Positions 12,919 through 23,689 of a stretch of 64,000 bases of DNA are shown piece after piece. Every line of letters begins with the position of its first letter. Within the stretch, counting starts at the first letter, position 1. The position numbers and the translations under genes were made by a program. The DNA is from Phoronis australis (Eukaryota > Animalia > Phoronida), in the NCBI GenBank assembly GCA_002633005.1, contig NMRA01000551.1:202809-266808 (forward strand), in the 5' to 3' direction. Under the pieces are notes generated by a model. The model was not told the DNA's origin and did not search any database. It was given only the letters and a program-made list of their open reading frames with translations.

Positions 12919-13908
12919 ATGTATAAGGCTCTCCAGCTTAGTTCTGGTTATAACATGCCAACAATAGCACTAGGCACAGCTAAGGCAGCCCATGGCACAG
13001 TGGCCAATGCAGTTGAGCATGCTCTGATGGTTGGCTACAGGCATATTGACTGTGCCTATATCTATGGTAATGAAGGTGATGTAGGTCAGGGGTTGAAGAC
13101 AGCGGTTGAGAAAGGTATCGTAAAACGCGACGAAGTGTTCATTACCAGTAAGCTGTGGACAACGTTCTACCGTAAAGACTTGGTCAGAAAATGTCTGCAG
13201 CAGAGTTTGGACAATCTGGGAGTGAAGTACATCGATCTCTACTTGTTGCACTGGCCATTTAGTATGAGACAGCTGACCGAAAGCGAACTGGAAGCCAAGA
13301 GTTCTACTCTCAGAGCTGACCTTTTCCCCATAGATGCCAATGGACGAGGGGTGGCCGACAATATCCACTACCTAGAGCCGTGGAAAGTGTTGGAGGAATG
13401 CGTCCGCGATGGACTGATTCGTTCAATCGGACTGTCAAATTTCAATAGCGTGCAAATCCAAGAGGTGCTAGATAATGCCGAGATCAAACCAAGTGTTCTC
13501 CAGATTGAATGCCACCCTTATCAAACACAAGTGCCTCTTGTTAATTTCTGTCGTGAGCGTGATTTACAAGTGGCTGCTTTCTGTCCCCTGGGTGGACCGC
13601 TAGGAAATGACGGGCCATTTAACACACCAATTGACAGAATACACGACAATCCTATTTTGCTAGAAATTGGTAAAAAACATGGTAAAACTGCAGCCCAGGT
13701 GGCACTACGATTCAATGTGCAGCGAGGAGTGGCAGTACTTCCACGTAGCTGTAACAAGAGCCGTCAACAGGAGAATTTCAACATACTGGATTTTGACCTC
13801 TCCGAGGAAGACATGGAGAAGATATTTTCTTTGAACCGTGATTTAAGAACAGTTCCAGCTTTAGTAGTTAAAGACTTTCCACAGTATCCCTTCAAGATTC
13901 CATTCTAA
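12919..13908 (+). CDS. AKR1: Aldo-keto reductase family 1 paralog (tandem duplicate), intron-free CDS, 329 aa
   Basis: ORF 12889-13908; ATG at 12919 in caccATG context. GYRHIDCAYIY, TSKLW, DLYLLHWP, IGLSNFN, LQIECHPY, YPFKIPF; AATAAA at 14026-14031. Confidence 0.95.
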   Translation: MYKALQLSSGYNMPTIALGTAKAAHGTVANAVEHALMVGYRHIDCAYIYGNEGDVGQGLKTAVEKGIVKRDEVFITSKLWTTFYRKDLVRKCLQQSLDNLGVKYIDLYLLHWPFSMRQLTESELEAKSSTLRADLFPIDANGRGVADNIHYLEPWKVLEECVRDGLIRSIGLSNFNSVQIQEVLDNAEIKPSVLQIECHPYQTQVPLVNFCRERDLQVAAFCPLGGPLGNDGPFNTPIDRIHDNPILLEIGKKHGKTAAQVALRFNVQRGVAVLPRSCNKSRQQENFNILDFDLSEEDMEKIFSLNRDLRTVPALVVKDFPQYPFKIPF

Positions 13909-14524
13909 CCAAACTCAACTGACAATCATAGAGTGTTTTGTGTGACAATTACAGAAGTTTAGAAGTGTATCATAATGGAAACAATTAACTGTGTAAATGA
14001 ACACAGCTACACTAGAGCACACCAGAATAAATATGCCAATGTCTTTTTAATTTCCACCCTTGGATGAAAACTAAATTATTTGGACTTCCAGTTTCGGAAT
14101 CCTGTGCAAACCCCGGTGTCAGGTTAATTGTGTTGTATGCCTGAACTAAAGTCAGAATGTTTACGCATTTGTTTTCACATAATTCATTTTGAATTGGTAA
14201 ATAACTGTTAGTCTTGATACTACAGGAAATAAGGAAGGATAATGAGCTGAAACGTAGATTTTAAGTGATTTTATCACACAGCCTCTCAATCGCTGTACTT
14301 CATAGCAGGTGTGAATGTTGATTCAAATCTACATAAATGACTGCTAGATTTAGTTATGTTCAGAGTGAAAGGATTAATGAAGATTTGTGAATTCATAATT
14401 CTTCCTTTCCCACTACATATTATATATTGCAAAGACTTGGTGGCAAAACAATTCTAGCACTATCCATCTAACTAGCTGTGAAGACTTATCGTCAAAATAC
14501 AGCTAGGTACCACAGTGTGTTGAG

Positions 14525-14735
14525 CTCCGTTAGACCCCGAAATTTTACACAGCCCAGGTAGTTCTGCTCGTCACCTCATCGTGAAACTTATAATCAACAT
14601 GCAGAGCTAACGACCAGTGGGGGTGCGTGCAAAATCTGTGAGTCAACTGCCCTTCCCTTCCCCACTGTAGCCATTTAAGTAAAAAACAATCTAACAAATG
14701 CCACATAATGAATTTCTCTACCTTTTGAAACAAAG
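14525..14735 (+). repeat. Diverged copy of the 17147-17375 element end
   Basis: Shared ctccgttagaccc, gcagagctaacgac, caaaatctgtgag, tttaagt.aaaaacaatctaa. Confidence 0.75.
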
Positions 14736-15559
14736 ATATGTCTGTCGTTTTGAAAACAGTATGCTCGTGACACACGTACGCGCCATTTCCCAAAATTTTG
14801 GGACATCTCTCGGGAGATGATGACAACTTCACAGCAGCAAAATTTTTCTGAATTCAGTTTGCTGGTATTAAAATTAACTAAAAACTTTGAACAAAACGGA
14901 AGCAGTTCGGATAATTTGTTGTGACATGTACCGTTGTACGCAACCTCGTGGAAGAGAAGAACAGTTGATTGAAGAATCAGGGGAAAAGAAACTGGCCAAT
15001 AGGTGACGCAATATTTCATGTTGCCGAAAGTTCATGAAAAAAGATCACACCACAACCTTAGCAGCAGAATAAGTGTAGAACCCCAATTTTTAGTTAACTC
15101 AAGGAAGAGTATAGTTTTTGACGACACTAATTTTGTGTCAGGTTTTATTTGGACAGTTTTTTACTCACATCAGCACAAAGCTGTATACTTATCATACAGC
15201 TTTACACCTAGGCTATACTAGCACTAGCCTAGGTAATTACAACGCCCTGAATGCCGCAGGCATACAGGGGCAATAGTACATCCCCATAAAGTAACTCATC
15301 TCAAAATAAAGTGACTAAAATCTAATGAAACACGCCTATGATCACATGGAGTAATAATTAACACATACCATGATTCTGGATACAATTTAGTTGAAACATG
15401 ACTTAAACATATCCATGAAAATCTGTCGCAGTTCGCTCAAGCTTCTCTCATCCAGTGCTATTTTGAGGAAGTTACGTGAAATCACGCCTGCTGACGAACA
15501 AAAAGTTCGAAAGACACAAATCTTACAACTTCCACCTGATATCTTCCCATGCTTCCCAT

Positions 15560-16449
15560 CTTCGCTCAGTCTCGCGCTAGTCTGTGCCTAACTCCCGTGA
15601 CTCAGTTGAAATACTTTGTGGTTATCGAATGCGTGGTAAAAAAGTTAACGGCGACCAAAAAAGTGGAGTTGGAATTCTTCACCAAAGTCATCTTAATTCC
15701 CATAGACATGCTTCATCAAAGATATGTACAGAACCAGAAAAGATCGCTGAAGAAAGTAAGTGCGTTTTTAAGTGGTAAATTTAACTGTAAAATATTTTGA
15801 CGATCTGTGAAAACCTCTTAGTCAGTGAGCAGATTTTGCCTCCTGCCTGTTTAAAATACACAGGACGAGCGATGGGAAGTATTGTAGCCCCTATCCAGCC
15901 AACCGAGGGGCTACGTGTTGCCTAGCATCAACCCCAAATTTGACGTATTATTTCAGCAGATAAAAGCATTCATGCAATCACAGTTTTGATGTGTGCAGGT
16001 TGATATTTGATGTACAATTCAAGTGTGATATGAATGATTTAATTCTATACTTTCACTGTGCAGAGGGTTGGTTTACCTACAGGCAACACGTAGCCCCTCG
16101 GTTGTCTAGTTATGGGCTACAATACTTCCTATCGCTACGAATTTCATCCCGTGTATTTTAAACGGGTGGTATGCCAAATCCGGCCACCGATTAGGACTTT
16201 TCACCTTGTCAAAAATACATTCCACACTTAAAACTATCACTTAAAAAGCACTTACTTTCTTCAGTGGTCCTTTCTACTGCTACACATCTTCGATGAAGCT
16301 TAGTTACCAGAATTAAGGTGACTTTGGCGCAAAATTCCAACTCCACTTTTTTGGTCACCGTTAACTTTTTCACCACGCGCGCAATAACCACAAAGTATTT
16401 CAACTGAGTCACGTGAGTTAGGCAAAGGCTAGCGCGAGACTGAGCGAAG
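15560..16449. repeat. Long inverted repeat (arms about 15560-15923 and 16081-16449)
   Basis: cttcgctcagtctcgcgctag...aaccgaggggctacgtgttgcct mirrored by aggcaacacgtagcccctcggtt...ctagcgcgagactgagcgaag; also seen as similar peptides in ORFs 15549+ and 16209-. Confidence 0.9.
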
Positions 16450-17140
16450 CGCGTGATGCTGGTGCGTGACACTTGCATGCCATGAACATTCCCACCAAAC
16501 GAGATGACGTCACAACCCCACTGATCAGGGAAAACTGGGGTTTGGCCGATTGAACTAGACCGTATTTATCCACCTCCGCTGGGTTGCGCTCAGCTTACGA
16601 TCAAAGGGATCCCGCCTTGCTGCTCTATTCATCGAGTCACGAGCGAGGATAATTGGCTTCGCTCATGCGGATACAATCAGCTGATTACAATCTAGCCTAG
16701 ATGACCGTACTTTTTATGAAGAGCATTTTACGTTGTTTTGAGTGTAATATTTGAAAAGAGTAGGGAAAAAAATGTTGGTACAACTTCAAATTTTTCAAAT
16801 TGGCCCAGAATAAGAGATTTAGCAACACAGCAACACTCACGATTACTTTCATTCGGCGCACACAAATACAAAAATATAAGTTAATTAGATTTTGGAACAC
16901 ATGCATTGCAATATTCAAAATACGTTTGTTATAGCTCTTAAAAGCTGTAAAAAGACATTTAATTTCATTGTGCTCATTCATTGTCATCAGTCAAATCGGA
17001 AATTTCCGAGATGTGATCTGCGGCGTGCACGTATGTATACAAAACACAGGAAGTACGAACATTAAGAACATTTAGCATGCCGTTATTATTGACAGGGACA
17101 CGACAAAGCGATAGTCTTGATACAGCAAGCTGGCTGACTA

Positions 17141-17916
17141 TAGTGTCTCCGTTAGACCCAGAAATTTCACACAGCCCGGGTAGTTCACCTCGTGCCCAAC
17201 ATGTAGATCGAGCCTTGGACTATTAATACTCCACGGCAGAGCTAACGACAGTCGGCCTGTGCACACAAAATCTGTGAGCTAACCAGCACTCACCTTGCAC
17301 GTTGCAGCCGTTTAAGTGAAAAACAATCTAATAAACGCCATTTTCTTGCATAATCCTCCGCCTTTTGTAACAAGTCTGTTGTCAATGACCCGCACGCGCT
17401 CGCTCACTCACTCTCACACGCAGACGAACTTCAAAACAAACGTCACGTGACAACAACATGAGTGTTCATCCAGAGATTTTTCTCGTGTTGTGGGGTACAA
17501 TGTAGCGCAGATTTGGACTTAATCGCAATTAATCTGGACTCCACATTAACTTAAATTGTAAAACATAAGGAGGATCTCAGATAATTTGTTGGATCCTCCG
17601 GTAATTTGTTGAGTCGAAACTGTATTTTTATTTAAGAATTCAAATTTTCCTATCGACGATCGCGATTCAGCAACGTATCAGTCAGCAAGTTTCTTCCCTG
17701 GGATTTCAGCAATTTCTTGAAAAATGATAGTAAATCAACAACGTAGTTTGATAGCAATGCACCACAGTTTTGTAGAAAGACTGTCATAGACTACAAGTAC
17801 GGCGTCACAGAGCGTAAATTTGATAAATCCTAGCTTCCGATTTTACCCATTTCGGAAACCGGGTTTCAACTGCCTTAGGCTACAATAAGCGTCCCCTCCC
17901 CGTGAAATAAATTTTT
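17141..17916 (+). repeat. Dispersed repeat / non-autonomous transposon; 5' part similar to 14525-14735, 3' part duplicated at 19821-20349, fragment at 44935-44982
   Basis: Shared ctccgttagaccc.gaaattt.acacagccc with 14525; shared gcagacgaacttcaaaacaaacgtcacgtg and about 530 bp of high identity with 19821-20349. Confidence 0.85.
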
Positions 17917-19820
17917 CTAAGCGCCTGGTATACAGCTTGCCACCAAGGCTAGGTGATGCCACGGCATATTCTTTGTTGCTTGTACGGATTGTTGCCAATT
18001 TTTTCTTGTTTCCGTAGCATAAGGATGGCGGAAATGAAAACGTTGCAAATTTGAATTTTAATGTTTGCATAATCCAAAAATCAGAGGTCGGTAAACCAAG
18101 TTTTTTAAAACACTTTCGGCGAAAGACTAGCAGAAGATGTCCACTCTTTCAAAATTGCCATGATTTGGTATTAACGGCATTTCACTCAGGGTGCACACTT
18201 TTGTTTCAGAAATGGCATTTTATGAAGTTTTCATTTCAGCTTTGAGACTTTGGTTGTTGGAATCAACATGGTATGTGGAATATCAGGTTAAATTTTTGTG
18301 AAGTATCCTCATTTAGTTTTTGAGATTTGGCCTGTTGAAATAACAAAGAAAAGTGTAGGCTACGGAGAATACACCATTGGTATTATCACAAAAATTTTGG
18401 AAAAAAGACTTAATCTGGCTCAGGAACAAGAAAGTTTATTATTGGTAACTCATGTACTTAACTTAATCACTGAACACCCATATAACAAATAGGTTCACAC
18501 CTGTGTATGCTTCACAAGGTGTGAGTATACAAATAAACATAGCGATTGTACTTAATCTTTAGACATACTAAGCACTTAACTATCATCAGAGTCACATCAC
18601 TGTCAAAAGGAATGCCTAATTCCATTAACTACCATCAAAGAAATCAGGAAAATATCATTTCATTATCAGTAAACATTGTACACATAATTCTCGCATAGCA
18701 CAGGGGTCATGGATGGGGCTACAGAGAATACAAAATATGTATATACCTGTTTATAAGTGGATGAATACTCGAGCAAATACAACAGAATTCATTTACTTGT
18801 TAATACCAACACTTCTGAATGACCAAAGAACATTCAGGTTTTATTAATAATGAGTTTAAACTGAAATAATTTTACCTAAACTTGCCTCAAATCCCACCTG
18901 TAAATAAAAAATTGTATTATTTCTTTTGTTGGAGAGTTTATTTGTCTCCATTTCCTCACTAAATGCACCTAGATACAAGTTTTTTCAAACCATGTACTAA
19001 AAATTCAAAGCTGGGGGCTAAGGAGACTACAGGGGCTATGGAGAATATAAAATACATTTTTGCTTATGATCAATTCAAATCCAGGAATTGGTCTAATATT
19101 TTTTGTGGGCCAAAGATAGCTTCTAGATTCCCAATGTGCAGTACCAAAAATCTTTTATCAATGGAAGAATTTAATGGAATTCAGACAGGGCTACGGAGAA
19201 TACACATTTTTTTAGGTGACGGTGATATTATTTGGTTGAGGAATCCAATCACGAGGACATCTGGTACAAATATGTGGTTTCTAAATCAAATTCTATATAC
19301 CATCAACCATTAAAAAACACAGGTCAAAACACTAGCAATGCTTTTCTTTTTCAGCCATGGCTGTAAGAGAGAGAGCACATGCAAATTTAGTGTTTTTGCA
19401 TAACATTAATATCATTTTGCAAATGTGCCTGAAAATTGTGTTTGACATTTCAGATGAAGAAAAACAAGAAATACATGTTAAGATCATTAAAAAATATTAA
19501 ATTTTAATTAAATGTGTGATTTAATTAAATGCCATGTGTATATAAAGGAGCATGCCACCCAAAAAACAACCTAATTTGTATCCATTTAGATCGACTAGTT
19601 CTACTCGATAACGACACGTACGGTTGCGTTACCTGACACCTGACGGCAGACGGAGGTATTGAAATTATCCAATGACGTCATCGGTCTCACACGCAGTTTG
19701 TTCAGCAGTTCACAACACGGGTTACTGGTGTCAGCTTATCGCTTGAAGTCATCGTTTAACAACAATAAAACATCAAACTTCGATGTAAAACCCTTAAAAA
19801 TACACCGAGTTCTTACTAAA

Positions 19821-20349
19821 AAGTCTGCCGTCGATGACCCGCACACGCACGCTCACTCACTCACTCTCATACGCAGACGAACTTCAAAACAAACGTCACG
19901 TGACAACAACATGTGTGTTCATCCAGAGATTTTTCTCGTGTTCTGGGGTACGATGTAGCGCAGATTTGGACTTAATCGCAATTAATCTGGACTCCACATG
20001 AACTTTAAAAATTGCAAAACATAAGGAAGATTTCACGTAATTTGTTGAGTCGAAACTATATTTTTATTCAAGAGTTCAAGTTTTCCTATTGACGATCGCG
20101 ATTCAGCGACGCATCAGTCGGCAAGTTTTCGCCCTGTGATGAGCCCAATTTTTTGAAAAATTATCGTAATTTAACAACGGAAGTTAATAGCAATGCACCA
20201 CAATTTTGTAGAAAGACGGTCATAGGCTACAAATACGTCACAGAGCGTAAATTTGATGAATCCTAGCTTCCGATTTTACCCGTTTGGGAAACCGGGTTTC
20301 AACTGCCATAGGCTACAATAAGAATCCCCTCCCCGTGAAATGGATTTTT
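19821..20349 (+). repeat. Direct repeat copy of 17372-17916, truncated by the gap
   Basis: Near-identical blocks, e.g. atgtagcgcagatttggacttaatcgcaattaatctggactccacat. Confidence 0.9.
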
Positions 20350-21025
20350 NNNNNNNNNNNNNNNNNNNNNNNNNNNNNNNNNNNNNNNNNNNNNNNNNNN
20401 NNNNNNNNNNNNNNNNNNNNNNNNNNNNNNNNNNNNNNNNNNNNNNNNNNNNNNNNNNNNNNNNNNNNNNNNNNNNNNNNNNNNNNNNNNNNNNNNNNNN
20501 NNNNNNNNNNNNNNNNNNNNNNNNNNNNNNNNNNNNNNNNNNNNNNNNNNNNNNNNNNNNNNNNNNNNNNNNNNNNNNNNNNNNNNNNNNNNNNNNNNNN
20601 NNNNNNNNNNNNNNNNNNNNNNNNNNNNNNNNNNNNNNNNNNNNNNNNNNNNNNNNNNNNNNNNNNNNNNNNNNNNNNNNNNNNNNNNNNNNNNNNNNNN
20701 NNNNNNNNNNNNNNNNNNNNNNNNNNNNNNNNNNNNNNNNNNNNNNNNNNNNNNNNNNNNNNNNNNNNNNNNNNNNNNNNNNNNNNNNNNNNNNNNNNNN
20801 NNNNNNNNNNNNNNNNNNNNNNNNNNNNNNNNNNNNNNNNNNNNNNNNNNNNNNNNNNNNNNNNNNNNNNNNNNNNNNNNNNNNNNNNNNNNNNNNNNNN
20901 NNNNNNNNNNNNNNNNNNNNNNNNNNNNNNNNNNNNNNNNNNNNNNNNNNNNNNNNNNNNNNNNNNNNNNNNNNNNNNNNNNNNNNNNNNNNNNNNNNNN
21001 NNNNNNNNNNNNNNNNNNNNNNNNN
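20350..21025. other. Assembly gap (others: 24937-25239, 26575-26770, 37512-38167)
   Basis: N runs. Confidence 1.
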
Positions 21026-21533
21026 GTAAAGCTTAATAATTTGCCAAGTGTATCAAAGAAATGGCATAAGAATATTTATTGAAACTAAAAAATGAATAAC
21101 AGTTACAGAACACTCAAAATTCCACGTTATAGACATACTCTTGTAGTTGTAGCGACAGCAGACGATAATGTAGGCCTAGTTCTTGGGGTGGTCTATTCCA
21201 ATAGGAAGCGATGAATCAGCGCGGCTTTGCGTGATTTTGCATTTCACATCATAAAGAGTTCCATAGCAACTCGAGTATGAGTGTCAGATTTGAGTACGTT
21301 TGGAGTCTACTCGAAATCCGACATTAGATACGCTTTTTTGAGTACGACTCCAGTGAGCACGATTTTGAGTATGAAATCTCGAGTATGAGTATGAGTCTGA
21401 GTACGGAGATTGGAGACCGGGCCCAGGTGATGCTACATTATTCTTTGTTGCATGAGTGGGATTCGAGGATTCACAAGGGCGTGTGCCGTGGTACGCAAGA
21501 CTGCAAAGACCCTATTGTAGCCCGAACAATTCA

Positions 21534-21634
21534 CATGGGCGGCGCACCATAGCCTATGGCATAGGGGGGGTTGGGGCTGAGGGGGCTTTTCCTTTGCCCC
21601 CCTCACTTTTTTTTTCAGTGTTGCGCCGCCCATG
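21534..21634. mobile_element. 101-bp MITE (family B)
   Basis: 13-bp perfect TIR CATGGGCGGCGCA / TGCGCCGCCCATG with perfect 5-bp TSD ATTCA. Confidence 0.85.
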
Positions 21635-23689
21635 ATTCACCCCAGAAATAGGCCCAGAATAAATCTCGTAATAAGTTGAGGCCAATAACTCGTACCTGTT
21701 TCATGGCGACTCTGCAGATATATCGGATTGTCCAGATTTCACTTATGTCAACGATGACACCATAGATTATAGACAACAGAAAGTCAGAATGTACCGTTAA
21801 TCTAGTTTACGACAACACACTGAAAACAACCGTCTGCACGTGAAGAGAAAAGTTTTCGCTGCGACCCCTTTCGGAATAAAATCCATACGCCACCTAGCGT
21901 CGATAGAGACAAGCAAGCCCGCAAGCCATTGGGTTAAAAAGGGTCAAGAAATTTATGTTTAGCTAGTGATCTGCGAGTGCCCCTCCTAACACATGGTCTT
22001 ATATACAGACATACGCATATTACTAGCTAGTTTATTTTATATCTGTGGTCCCCAATAATTTGTAGGCGTCCTTATTATATACCGGTATATAATAATCGTG
22101 TCGAAATCAGTAACTATAAAAATGAACGCTCATGAACAAAAATGAAATGCGATATTTAAGAACAAAACTGATGACAATAACAAATGATACTTAAAAAGCA
22201 TTGATAACAGCAAAGCTTTTAATGATGTTTTTGTTTCCTACTACATAAACATGTATCACCAAGGCAATTTCTTGTCCTAGCGTAAACACAGCTAAAGCTA
22301 ATTCCTGCAATAGCTGGTATCCATGCGAAGGTGGAGACGCCAAAAAGATATCTTTGAAGGGGGAACTTTTAACTGTCGACAAGTGAACACACAGGTGTCG
22401 ACCAAGGGCGCCAGGCCAACTGTTAACCAGAGGGGGTGCGGGTTACACAGCTACTGACAAGGGGTGAGGAGCCTTAGGCGCCGAGGTGTCGACTGGCGGA
22501 GGCGAACGGTTTGTCCCTTACGTCAGTCCGCTTCCGAATTGCACATCTTCGACTGATCACCTCACGGGTTAGCTCTAAAACCGTACGGTGGTAACCATCA
22601 TAGGCGCCGGCCGACTGGGGGAGTCGAGAAAGGAAAGACACGGAAACAAAGAGAAGAGAGAAAATTCAAGAGAACGCTTGTCAACTCAGTGTTTGATTTA
22701 TCCTGAGACGGCCGCTGCCAGAGAACATTGTTTCGTTAGGCCGGCCCCATTTTTGCAACATAGATCGTCTAAACTCACTTGAAAACGTGCACATAATCAT
22801 GATACATGTATTTTGAAAAACTCGAGAAAATTTGTAAAGCACAGCTTTTGCAGATCATATTAATTCTCAAGATTTTTAAATTCAGGAAGACCATTTTGGG
22901 CAATGCAAAACTTAATACTTCTCCAGGTACCCTCTCTGGAGAGGGATACTGGAATCATTTGTAGCTCAACGTTTTCGTTTTCTTTTGACTCGAAATTGTA
23001 TATCGTGATAAACTTGAGAACCTGAAAGATTGCATCAATTGCTGATCATTTCCTTTTTTGTTTTTTGTTTTTTTGGGGGGGGGGGTTAAGTATAGATCCT
23101 TTCATATTTAGGGACAGCAAACAACCAAAATTTCTCGCGACCATGAGAATTGTGAATTGAAACTCTGCGAACTAGGGCAGGTCATTGCCAACGGAGAGGC
23201 GATTCTGCGAGTACTGCTAGCTAGGTTGTAAGGGAGCGCTTGCTTGTGAAGCCTGGCCGAGAGGTGAAGTACACTGCTTAGACCGGCCAGTTGATGTCTG
23301 ATGCCGGTACTAATGAAAGGGACGTCATTCGGTGACGTCGTGAGTCAGCACGTGCTGATTGCTCACTGAAAGCTGCATTTCGTCCTGCTTGACCAAAACA
23401 CGGGAGTCAGTTGTTATGATTGACCCAACCATTTCACTCATTTTAGCACCTAATACAATACTTGAAAGTTTCCAAGATACCTTCTAGAAACAATAGCTCA
23501 AGCAAAATTACCCCCCCCCCCCCCCCCCACCCCGAAACAACAAGTACGAAGACCAAAATATCAAGCTGAGTTAAGTGGTAACACATTTCCCCCCCCCCCA
23601 CCGGGGGCCCCCGGTGTGATGAAGCGAACTTTCTAGTAATTTACACCACTTGTCGATATAAAATTGGTCTCACATTGGGTTTTATTCAT

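Noticed and set aside
14511-14545. CACAGTG (RSS/Transib heptamer) just before a repeat end
   Set aside because: No nonamer at 12/23 spacing, no matching TIR or TSD, and no RAG/Transib ORF.
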